Assembly (NCBI GenBank): GCA_965153355.1
Contig: OZ231126.1
Coordinates: 2,356,001 to 2,420,000, forward strand
Reading direction: 5' to 3'
Origin: Flaccisagitta enflata
Lineage: Eukaryota
Length of the DNA: 64,000 nucleotides
Part shown: positions 51,751 to 64,000 of the stretch, in pieces
How positions within the stretch are numbered: position 1 is the first letter of the stretch
Layout: each line of letters opens with the position of its first letter
Notes under the pieces: generated by a model
The model's input: the letters and a program-made list of their open reading frames with translations, nothing else
Told to the model about the DNA's origin: nothing
The model's database searches: none
Made by a program: the position numbers and the translations under genes

Positions 51751-52400
51751 TACCCCGGGGTACAACGATGCGTCCACATGGCTCCACATGCGGCTTAGCT
51801 TGTTAAGAATGATGCAATATTGCATCAACCTTGTGGAATGATGCAATAATCTGAGATATTTTCAAGATTCTATGCGTTTTCATCATTCTCAACTCGATCA
51901 CCACGGACCGACCGACGGACGGACGGACGGACGGACGGACGGACGGACAAAGCCTCTTATAGAGATGCGTGGACGCATCTAAAAACCTGTAAAATTGGTA
52001 GAGGCTACGAAGCTAAGAACTGTTGTTCATAATCTAAACTGCCTAAGTTGCCATCGACTCTTGTTTATACGAGCGTAAGAGGCGATGATCTATCCACAAC
52101 AACGACAACTACAAAGACAACAACGATGGACGACGACAACGACAACATCAACGTCAACAAACATCAAACACCAAATACCAAACACCAAACCCTAAATACT
52201 AAACACCAAAACATAACACAGAACACAGAACACAGAACACCAAACTCCAAACATCGAACACCGAACACCAGACACCAAACACCAAACACCAAACACCAAA
52301 CTCCGAACATCGAACACCAAACACTCAACACTGTACATATAACACAAATCAAACACATCGCAGACAAACATAGGAACATTTTTACCTGCAGATACACATA

Positions 52401-52987
52401 CTATCTAGGAAATAAGTTTGGAAACACCTTCAAAGAGACATAACTTGACTTCCTGTTAAGATAACTAAACAAAATTCATAAGCATTTTAAACTACGTCAA
52501 ATAATCTACAATCTGAGCCCAATCTCGTTTCTGTGCATCAAACCGTTTAGAAATGCCATTAGTTTGAAGTTGATCACATACTTTCAAAAATGGCAAAAAT
52601 AGTAGGAATTCTTTTTTCTTCTTCCCTTCCATCTTTGAAATGCTCTCAAATCTATTCAAAATGAGATATAAACATGCGGATTGCACCACTGGTTAGCTCT
52701 TGAGCCCTAGTTTTATAATTTCATGGATTTTTAATCAGATTTCAAGAGGGAAGTAACAATTTTACTGCCAAAATGACCAGAATCCACTATGTTTACCACA
52801 ATAATTTCTGAGTTGTGATATACTAAACTTGCGGTCCCTAAACTGGATTGAAGATTGTTTTTCTCTTTTGTTCCAGTTAATATAAATATAAGAATAATCA
52901 AAAATGATCAGGCACAAGATTTTTGAGCACATGAAGGGAGAAAAGTACCATCAACCCTAAGTGTTTCCAAACTTTTTTCCTAGATAG
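52401..52987. mobile_element. TA-flanked MITE with CTATCTAGG termini (587 bp)
   Basis: TIR CTATCTAGGAAA..AGTTTGGAAACAC / GTGTTTCCAAACT..TTTCCTAGATAG; TA flanks. Confidence 0.85.
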
Positions 52988-53974
52988 TAAATACAATCAC
53001 GAGGAGGGATGAGGGATGCTTTGAGGCCACAGGGGTTCTATGAGGGATGCTTTGAAGCCAGAGATGGCTAATTTGAAGCCTGAGATGGCTATAGTGAAGC
53101 CTCCAACGGCAAATTTGAGGCCTGAGAAGCCAGATTTGAGGCCTGAGAGGGATGATGGATGCCTGAGAGGGCTGATTAGATGCTTGGGAAGTAAGATTTC
53201 AGGCTCAAACAGTCTATGGACAAAACGAGGAGAGTAGATCTTGCTGATCACCGGTATGATGCTTAGGGTAGTTTATTTTAGAATGTAGGCTTGCAATTAC
53301 CTCGTAGAAAATTGCTGAGGACTGAAAGAAACTAACACAAGAACGATTACTACAGGGAGGCCATCTGAGATTAAAGAAGTTTTGGAGTTCACGTAATGTA
53401 TGACAAAACGTTTGGAAAAGACACGACAAGACCACGACAAACAAGGCCGGATACACGGCTACCGAAGTCGCGTGCGGGTGGGCAGGGGCCATATTTGAGG
53501 CCACTCCATCATTTGGGCAGGAGCAGTGAGGCCAAAGACCGCAAAAACAAATAAGGCCGGATACGACTACCGAAGTCATGTGCGGGTGAGCAGGGGCCAT
53601 ATTTGAGGCCACTCTATCATTTAGGCAGGAGCAGTAAGGCCGAAGACAAAAAAAACCAAAAAAAGTAAAGTGTGACGGACGGACGGACCAACGGACCGAC
53701 GGACGGACCGACCGACAAAGCGGGTTGTAGAGTCGCGTAGCACGCGAATAAAAAGAAAGTGTGATGGACGGACGGACGGACGGACGGACCGACAGACGGA
53801 CCGACAAAGCGGGTTGTAGAGTCGCGTAGCACGCGACTAAAAACAGACTTGTGGCCCGCACCCAGAACAGCGATTTGCGGTATATACACAGTACTGGGGT
53901 AAGATTAAACCATGGGCATTGGGGTGAGATTAAGCCATGGGGGTTTCGCGCTGAATGATTTGTAACAACAATAA

Positions 53975-53975
<1 letters not shown>

Positions 53976-54031
<56 letters not shown>

Positions 54032-54033
54032 CT

Positions 54034-54082
<49 letters not shown>

Positions 54083-54173
54083 CGGAAAATACATGTTCCA
54101 GGAATCGCATGACGGCAATTGGCGTGACAAAGATGCAACAAAGAAGACTTCTGAGGAACTAGCATCATCAATG

Positions 54174-54222
<49 letters not shown>
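53976..54222. repeat. (CAA)n and (CAT)n microsatellites
   Basis: Direct observation. Confidence 0.95.
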
Positions 54223-54223
<1 letters not shown>

Positions 54224-55369
54224 GTCGACGTCAAACTTTGCGTCAATCGCCGCAAAGATAACGTCACACTCATCGTGGAAAAGGGTCGTCAAAACGATTC
54301 CAGTTAAGGTTTTCGCAGGAGAAGCGGATTAGTCAACCTTCGACAATGCGATCAAGCGACCACCAGAATGCGCTATTTGCTACTCTGTGTTTGGGTGCTT
54401 CACATAGCAAAATTTAGGAGTTTCCTTCCGTGATTTATCATGCAATAAATAATCACCTACAAAATAATATAAAAGTGTAAAAACTGAAAAGGTGTATATG
54501 ATTGAGTGTTTTTTTATTTCATTCCCCCCCCCTTTGTCTTTGATTTTATTCCCCATGACAAATTGCACCGCATTTAAAAATCAATAATTTTTTTCTCCTA
54601 AAACTAATATTAAAATATGTTGTACTAAATCAAATATCATCTGTTGGCACGAGTAAAAAAGTTAAATGTTCTAAAAACTAGGCCGGATACACGACTACCG
54701 AAGTCGCGTGCGAGTGGGCAGGGGCCATATTTGAGGTCACCAGACCATTTGTGCAGGAGCAGTGAGGTCAAAGTAATTAAATAATAAAAAAAGTAAAGTG
54801 TGACCGACCAACCGACCAACCAACCAACCGACCAACCGACCGACTGACCGACCAACAAAGCGGGTTGTAAAGTCGCGTGCACGCGACTAAAAATTTTTCT
54901 AGCTTTTGGTTTTATTCCTTATCTTTAAACCGAAAAAGCCAAAGATAAACAATATAAAAACAAATACATGAAAATTGACCATTACATATTAGTTTAAGAA
55001 GGTAAAAAACAAGGCCAGATACATGGCTACGGATGGGCAGGTGCCATATTTAAGGTCACTTCATCATTTGAGCATGAGCAGTGAGGCCAAAACCATGGAA
55101 AAAACCTAAAAAAGTAAAGTGTGATGATCAGACAGACAGATGGATGGATAGACCGATGAACCGACCAAGCAAATTATTAAGTTGCGCAGCAGGCGACTAA
55201 AAATTTTCAACTTTTGCAATGTGAAGCACCCAAACGCAGTGTAGACGGAAAGTAATTTCGAGGTTCAACATTTCCTTTGTTGCGTGAACGTCAGTTGGTG
55301 GAAGATCGACGAAGATCAATGTACCGATCCATCGCAATGATGCACTTGACGACAAACTGGTGAATAACG

Positions 55370-55470
<101 letters not shown>

Positions 55471-55795
55471 AAAGAGAGGTGAGAACGGACTGCCTACTAT
55501 TCATGTTCTTCTTTGTCTTGGTCCATCAATCCACTTTTTTCAACCGTTTTACAGAGGCAATTAACATTATGATTTTTACAGCGATGACGCTGTTGGTGCG
55601 AATGACAACGTGGTTAGGAAATGATGTCAGCGGATTAACATCTGCCGCAAAGTCAGTCGTTTTTTGAAGATGGAGGGGGCGGCGGTGAAATATGCAGTTG
55701 TCGACGGAGCAGCGGCGTTGACGGACAAACAACAACTGCTACAATAAAACCAATAAAACCAACAATATGTGCCGAGGGCCGAGGGACATGGTCAC

Positions 55796-55831
<36 letters not shown>

Positions 55832-55956
55832 CTACGCCTTTTGCAGAAGCGTCAAAACGTCGGTGTGCATGTGGAAAATACAAACATTGACATTGTAGGA
55901 GGAACAGTTTCCTGGGTTCCAGCGCCTCCGGACGAAAGCGCCTGGACGTTCGAGGA

Positions 55957-56541
55957 TAGAGTGGTCACTACGTCACCTAATTTTCTCGCTTTTTACGGCA
56001 TCAAATGGGGACTTCCATCACATTCACTGAACATAACTCTCAAAGCTTTTGCCTCTAGAAGACACTGAAAACAGTCCGGAATAAGATCTAAGGATGAAAG
56101 AAATGGGTGGAAATGTTACCATTTTTTTTAAGTCATAATGGAAATACCATACTATTTCTTGTGTCCAATACCGTTAAATGAAGGTAAAACATCAAGAATG
56201 GTGTTGCCAAAAAAAGGGGTCCGTGCCAGTGGGCAGGGGCAGTGAGGAAGAAGGTGACAAAAGAACTAAGGCAGGATCCGCAAGGAAAAATCTCAGATTA
56301 AGAAAAAAAAATGAGTGACTGGTGCAGATGGCTAAACTTCTGGACCGACCATCCAACCTATATAGTTTTGTGCGTATCACTGATTATAACAGTTAGACAA
56401 GATACAAGGCCCCAAATTTTGCCCTGAAAGATCAATGATTCTACTGGTTTGAGTTTTCATCTTTGTTTCTCAACTTTTTTTCTGGTTAAACAGAACTAAC
56501 ACAAACACTTCCAACATTAGAAATTTAAAACTTGATAATAC

Positions 56542-56606
<65 letters not shown>

Positions 56607-56871
56607 GCTGTTGACGTTGCTGTTGACGTTGTTGTTGTTGTTGTTGTTGTGGTTGTTGACATTTATTCACACCCATTGTGGATCTTCTTTTTCCCCGATT
56701 GCAGTGTTGTTCTTGTTGTTGTTGTTGTTGTTGTTGTTAATCTTTTTGTTGTTGTCAATGCTATTGTAGTTCAGTTCTTTTCATAGTTCCTTTCTTCTCC
56801 AACTGTCACACTGTTGTTGTTGACTACAGTTATTTGCTCTTAAAGTATATCTCCTTTTTCTGCTGATTGCG

Positions 56872-56907
<36 letters not shown>

Positions 56908-56916
56908 TTGTTGTTT

Positions 56917-56951
<35 letters not shown>

Positions 56952-59848
56952 ATTGTTGTTGTTGTTGTTGTTATTGTTATTGTTGTTGTGGTGTTTGTTG
57001 TTGTCATTTTTGTTGTTAATTCTGTTGTTATTGCGATTGTTGCTAGTATATTTCATAGTTCTTTTCCTCTCCAATCGCCAATCCCAACATCTAGGATGGT
57101 TGGAAGTTTTGACCCAGAAAAGTGACTAGGTGCACCAAAATAGTCGTTGGTACATGACTTACGCGGCATTGTGCACATAAACAAGGTCAGATACACGGCA
57201 GTGTTGGAGAAGGTCACAAGGGCATCTGGGAAGGAGTTGTATGTTCAAAAAGCTTAGAAATGCCAAAAAAGTAATAGTCCCAAAAGTGTTAGATGGTCAG
57301 CGGTACCCGTGCCCTGTAGGTTGTGGTTGAAGTTGAGGGGGGAGCAGGGCAGCGGTCCCAAAAGGGTTGATGACCTATGCTTTCACACATATGGGGAATT
57401 TTCTCCTGCACCTTCTCCTTCTTCTCCTCCCCACAAAGTAAAGTGTGACCGACGTGGTTGCCTCTAAGTTGGTATATGTTAGATGTGGAGGTAAGATGGG
57501 CAGCGGCCCCAAAGGAGCCGATGACCTATGCTGGGTTCGGATTTTAGTTTGAGGCTAGGATACAAGACTTGAGGCTGGGATTTGAGCTATGAGGCTGGGA
57601 TTTGAGCCATAAGGCTGGGATCCGAGATATGAGGTTAGGATTGGGGCCTCCATGCTGGGATTGGAGCCTTGAGGCTTGAATGAGAGCTTTGGGGCTACAA
57701 TTGGAGCCTTGAGGCTCCGTCTGTTAATATAATGATTTGAGAATATAAATCATTTTGCTTTTTACGGTCAGTCTTGTCTCTCAAATCAATCCTTTGCAAT
57801 GATGCCCTTACCCTTGTCATTTATTTCACTGCCCCTGCCTACTTCCTCTGCCCTTCTGCTCAGGATACATGCGTTTACCTTCTGAGATCAGGATAGATTT
57901 GAAGGTTGGAAACCACCCTTGAGGGGGAAAATGATATTTTGTAGATTTAACATAAACCAGCACCGCCCCAAACCAAAAAAAGTTACAACAACCAAATTGA
58001 TTCCATATTAAAGAGTAGTCAATAATCTTACAAACGCGATCCATTTGGAATATGCAGCTTCAATTATTTAGGGGATGTAAGCTGAAGATGTTTTACTTAA
58101 TGAGGTGCGGAGAATGGAATGTAAAGCACCTTAAGCTCCACCTTTCATCAGTATCCGGACACAGGTACTTAAAATGCTTCATTTTTGCTTTCTTCAGGCT
58201 TTAATATCTGTTTTTCCGAGCCGAATTTTAGTCCCGTGCACGTGACTATACACCTTGCTTTGTCCATCCGTCCGGTTGGTCGGTTGGTTGGTCTGTCACA
58301 CTTTTACTTTTTTTTATCAATTATATTACCTTAAGTCATTTTGAGTCAATTAAGAGTATACTGAGTCATTCTAAGTTATTCTAAATCATGCTAAGTCATT
58401 CTGTAAGTCTCACACGCGACTTATAGGTGTTGGCCTTGTTTTATCTAAGCCCAAAATTGGTTACTAATGCAATAAAAAAGATATTCCACTTTGTCAGGAG
58501 TCTTGATAATTTTATACAACCTAGGCACACTGGAAAATAGGGCATGCTTACCCGTCTGTACCATCTGTCTGGAGTCTGTGAGAGCAATGGTTTACATTTT
58601 TGTACATAGAGGCCACCTCTTTTGATTGCCAGAAAGTGCAATGAAAACAAAAAACTCTCACTCCCCTGCAGCTTCTCCTGCCTCTCAGCTGTCTCTGCTG
58701 TTCCTCAGCTGCATTTTGGTCCCGTTTTTTAAGGGAAAAAATCGATGAAAGATGCGATGATGGATTTCCATACTGCAATGAGCAGATATTGCAACTATTT
58801 TCCATGTGCTATAACTCCTAAAGTGATAAAAAGTGTATCTTCAGATTTTGAACCTAGAATCGTTATTGCCATAGCTACAGATAGAGCCTAGTCTTTCCAT
58901 GGCAAAAGGCGGCAATGGATTTTTTTTCTGTCTCAGTAATGATATATAGAGGAAAACATTACTAAAAGTAACTTTCTGGGCAATACAAGATAAAGAATTG
59001 TTCAAAACTGGTGTTGATCACTTTCCATAAGACCTATCTATAGATCTATCAATCAAAAATTGAAATAAAAAATTCATTGTTTATTCGCCATATTACTAAA
59101 AAAATGCCCTTAGTGCTAGGTTTTGTTCCTGGACCCCGTGATTTTTCAATTCATAGCATCATCTTTGGAATAGTGCTGCTTCTAAATGAATTAAGGTACA
59201 GCAACCGGACTACTGGTGCTAAATCAAAATGCGTTTGAGAGAATCGAGCTCTCAAAGTTAAAAGGGTTTTTGCCTTTTTTTTTTTAAAAACCTCAACTTT
59301 GGAAGACTTCTGCTCCTCAACAAATTGAGCTACAGACCTCAACTTGGGCTCATTTTGAAGAGCCGTGTCTTCTCTTTAAAATAAGCTCAAGTTGATCTCA
59401 ATCACTCAATTCATTAGGGAGAAATAAGCTTAAGAAGTTGTATGGGTATTTGCAACTGATCAGAAAAGAAAATCAATTTCTAAAGCTTTTATCTCTAAAA
59501 CGAATCAAGCAATTGAGCTCAACTTGGGCTCTTTTTAAAGAGCTGTGTCTGCTTTTTGAAATGAGCCCAAGTTGATCATTAATAGTTAACCCAAATAGTG
59601 TACAAAACCGGCACAAAAACCAGAGTATTCTCAATTTTAACCCCACGTCTAGGTATGACTCTTGTGACTGACTTTCAAGAAAATGATAGCATTTAGAACT
59701 ATTTCCCTTATTTCTAAATTGAACTCCGGACTGTTTTCAGTGTCTTCTAGAGGCAAAAGCTTTGAGAGTTATGTTCAGTGAATGTGATGGAAGTCCCCAT
59801 TTGATGCCGTAAAAAGCGAGAAAATTAGGTGACGTAGTGACCACTCTA
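55957..59848. mobile_element. 3.9-kb DNA transposon with identical 124-bp TIRs and 8-bp TSD (hAT-like)
   Basis: 55957-56080 is the exact reverse complement of 59725-59848 (TAGAGTGGTCAC...); TTCGAGGA on both flanks; no intact transposase. Confidence 0.92.
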
Positions 59849-60945
59849 TTCGAGGACCTCACGAAGAGGAGTTACAACGATAAAAGAATTACAATGTCAT
59901 TGAGCTGAGGCTCACCTCTCATCAATTCGGTTGGAGACTCACCATCTGCAGAAAATATGTTGAAGACTCCGCCTCACACTGACGTTTCAAAGACGTTTCG
60001 GAGAAACAAATAGCCATAACCATCAGGCTTCAAAGTTCAAATATTTACTTTTCTATCGACTCAAGATGAATTGTTGATAGTATGACATGTGTAGAGATTG
60101 ACCTTACATCCGGAATCTGAGTCCTTGTGAATTTTCCGATTTCTCTTTTAAATGCGGCCGGGCCAGAGGGATTAACGGCATGAGCTTGAGGTCTAATTAA
60201 TCAGCCTTAATTTGGTCCTGAAAGATACCTTGGTGTATGCACATAACTCTGTTGATCTCATTAACCAAAATTTTGAACGTCTTAGGGGCCCCTAAGGGCC
60301 CCAAAAAAAGCCCTTAATGAGGATTTTTTTCTGAAAAAAAAAGTGGGGTGCAATCGATAGGAAATTGTTTGATTCGCCTAGATCCAAAATCTTGCATTTT
60401 CACTTTTTTCAAAAAAACTTAGAAAATTTTTGTTCCGCACGTTGGGGACTTAATAAAAAAAAAATCACAAAATATTTTTTTTGAAAAATGGTTTTTAAAA
60501 GTAGGGTGCAATCAATATGAAATTGTTTGATTTGCCTAGATCCAAAATCCTGTAACTTTACTTTTTTTTCAAGAAACTTGGACTCTGTTAAAAATTCTCC
60601 TGGAACTTTTTCAGTTTGATATGGTTCAAACAAATGCTCATAACTTCTAAAGTATTTGAGCCAGAACCTTGAAATTTGAAACGTGCATTATTGAAAGCGC
60701 TGAGCAGGTCCATGCAAAAGATTGAGCTACTGACTGACCTAGGAAAACTTTCGAGTCTAAGTCTAGACATGTGGAACAATATCCCTCACTGTACCCAAAC
60801 TGAAACAAATGGAAGAGGGCCTTGTGAACCCTCAGTGTCTAGTTAATACGCGCACCACTCCTAGTTTTCCATAAAACTGAATCTGAAAAACTCTATCTAA
60901 CTACCCGACCAGTGATGTCGAGATGTATCAAAGTACATGTATAAG

Positions 60946-61128
<183 letters not shown>

Positions 61129-64000
61129 TTCTCTCGCTACAAGGAAGCTACTTTATCTTTCTGAAAATGTAATGAAAAATGTTATGTAATGCTTGGACAG
61201 TGGATATGTAACTGCTAAAAAAAAAGAGTTTCCTCTCATGTTTTTTTTTTTGTTTTTTTTTAGCTGTCGGTAGACAAAGAGCATCGTCGTAGGTTGCAAT
61301 CACGATCAATATGCCCTACATTCTTAGGACCTACAGTTAATGTGGTCCAGACTTGAGATAAGGGTGGCAAGCATAATGAAATGAAAAAAAAATATGAAAC
61401 TGATGTTTGACATATGAAAAAATAAAAGTGCTTATATCTATGTTACAATTGACTGTCTTAGAAAAACATTTCCATGTTTTCTCATTTATTTTTAAAAAAC
61501 ATAATGTAATTTTTATCTTTTTAGTTGCGGACACGCAACTCTATAAGAGGCTTTGTCCGTCCATCCGTAAGTCGGTCCGTAACCCACGAGTTGAAAACAT
61601 GCATTTCTGCCCCTGCCCACCCGTCCTTAACTGGTGGCCGTGTATCCGGCCTTGTTAGCAATATTATTCCAAAAACCTTTAATTTTTAGTCGGGGACACA
61701 CGCCTGTACACTTTGCCGTGTCGGTCGGTAAGTTGGTTGGTCAGTCCATCTGTCCACTCGTTGGTCCATCACATTTTTGAATTACGGGCGGTTTTTGCAT
61801 TATTGCTCCTGCCTATTGGTCCGCAACTGGTTTGCCGTGTATCCGGCCTTGTTTCTCATTTTCTTGCCCCCATTTTTTCAAGTCTAGACAAGATCTATTG
61901 AACCAACTGACTGGGTGTTGCGTGGTCGGTCAGCTGGGAACGTTTCTGAATGAAAGTCTTTTTTTCATTTCAGGTGCGCCAATGCACCTTAAAAAGAGGC
62001 ACTGTCCGTTGGTTGGTCTGTCTGTTTGTTGGTCATACTTGGATGAAAAACTGCTACGGTTGCCCTTATGGGCTTGTCTGTTCTATAACAAGGCATTTTT
62101 TAGTTGTGGACACGCAACTCTAAAAGAGGCTTTGTCCGTCAGTCTGTCCGTTGGTCCATCAGTTCTTCAGTCCGCCTGTCAGCAGTCAGCAAGAATCGAA
62201 AAGTGGGGAAATGCGCATATCCGACCCTGCCCACCCGTCCGCGACTGGTAGCCGTATTTCCGGCCTTGTTATATCATAGTTGGTGTTCGACATGACTGGA
62301 ATAGAAGAAACATTGGAAATATAACATCTCTTACAGAATCTGTCTGAGCTAAATGACATTATTTAAGGGAGTGCTGATCACGTTTTTTGATCTTTTGCCA
62401 AATTCAATACTCTAGCATTACAATGAAGAAGAGAGACTGGTAGATGGATGAATAATATACTTCCGTCGAGACTAAATACAAGTTTTTAGGAGTGAATTTT
62501 TCACATTTCATTTTATTTTAACCCAGCTGCCAAAGACTTCGAGTTTTTCAAGTAGTAGTAGGACAGAGTAGCAAACAGAGTGACATTTATTTCATCTCCT
62601 GATTTTTTGTTTTAAGGACTTCCACCATGTAGTCTTTATACGCGGTTAGATTCTCTGCATTAGTTTTGCGCGGCCGCCACATTTCAAGATTATCACTGGC
62701 GTCTGTACTGAGGTATTGTTTCCGGGTAAGCGCCCAAATCCCAGGTATATCATAGCCGATTCAGGCTCAAAAATTTATGGTAGTTTTATGCCATAAATTT
62801 ATGGGCAATAGGTACCAATAAATTTATGGAGTTTTTTTCCATAAATTTATGCGAAAAAACATATGAACCTTAAATGTCTTTAAATAGCATGAAAGACAAG
62901 ACTGACTAAAATGACAAAAATGACTTTGAATGATTTAGAATGACCTTATTAATTGACTCTAAATTACATAAATGACAAAATAGACTAAAATGACCAAAAT
63001 GACTCAAGATGACTTAAAATGACTTGAAATCACTTAAAAAACCCTAAAACGACTTTGAAAAATAAGATTGATGAAAAGAGATAAAAAAAAAAATGTGATG
63101 GACCGCCCAACTGACCAACTAACAGATGGACAAAGCGAGATGTGAGTCGCGTGCACGCGACTAAAGATTTTTTCTTAAAATTAGAATCAATAGTTGGTAT
63201 TTTATTAATTATAATTTATATTTCAAGGTGGTTTTAATATACGTCAATCTTAAACTCAAATTGGAAAATGTATCAATATGACCAAGCACAATATTTGTTA
63301 TGTTTAGGATTTTTTTTATAGATTCACTTTAATTTGCTGAAAAAATTCTATTTTTTTTGTTTTAACACACCTTTATTTCCATCATCATGAAGATATATCC
63401 TTAACTGTATTTAACAAGGCCGGTTACATGGCTACCCTAGTCGCGCGCAGGTGGGCAGAAGAAGTGCTGGAGCTGTATGCTCCAAAAGCTCAAAAACGCC
63501 AAGTGTAATAGTCGCAAAAGCGTTAGATGCTCAGCGGTACCCATGCCCGGCTTAAGTAGGTTGTGGTCGAAGTGGAGGGGGGAGCAGGGCAGCGGTCCCG
63601 AAGGTGAGGCTGATGCTCTTATTGGAAAAAAGTCGAATTACGTAATTCGACTTTTTGAAACGTAGGGGAGAAATAAAGTTTTCCAGTTTTGGGTTGGGCT
63701 GATTTTCGGAAGTTGTGCCGTTTTGAAATTGCAATTATATTTTGATATTCTATAGCTAAGAAAGATCTATTTTCTCTTTCAAATGGCGCTAACCAAGTCT
63801 CTATGATCATTAGTTTTAGCGCTATGAATTTTTCAATCTTTTATTATTTTTCCGAATTTTTGCGAAAATCGATAATTTTCTTGATCCTATTTCAGAGCCA
63901 TATGTAACATGATAGATGAGTCAAGATGTTACACAAATTGACCCTAACTTTTATGACGCTGGCTTTTGCATTTTACTCTACTTTAGAGAGAGTAAGAGAG

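Noticed and set aside
53955-54332. Poly-Asn/poly-Ser (or antisense poly-Asp) ORFs
   Set aside because: Driven by microsatellites; no domain or splice partners identified.

Overview
AT-rich, repeat-dense eukaryotic (probably invertebrate animal) genomic DNA with GT-AG introns; the species cannot be identified from the window. Two minus-strand gene models could be built by hand with phase-consistent splice junctions. (1) 22278->12114: a ~3.1-kb exon encodes a permuted papain-like (His...NCQHF) domain, a degenerate NERD-like segment, an SF1/Schlafen-type helicase and a transmembrane helix. A perfect phase-1 GTAAGT donor hidden just before the apparent stop joins it in frame to a Ca-binding EGF exon and a six-blade Kelch exon. 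This predicts a ~1420-aa type II membrane receptor with cytosolic peptidase-like and helicase domains and an extracellular EGF-Kelch module. A second short hydrophobic exon could give a ~396-aa secreted or anchored EGF-Kelch isoform. This is the most interesting feature, but it is inferred from splice signals and not confirmed by transcripts. (2) 51275->47879: a six-exon, 374-aa secreted coiled-coil plus fibrinogen-domain protein. The rest is mobile and repeated DNA: many Helentron/DINE-1-like elements, TA-flanked MITEs, hAT-like elements with 8-bp TSDs, a CAC-ended element with a 4-bp TSD, solo LTRs, fold-back palindromes, microsatellites and a ~19-kb multi-family satellite block (24-43 kb). 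Most ORFs in the supplied track are repeat artefacts. No rRNA, tRNA or CRISPR was recognised.
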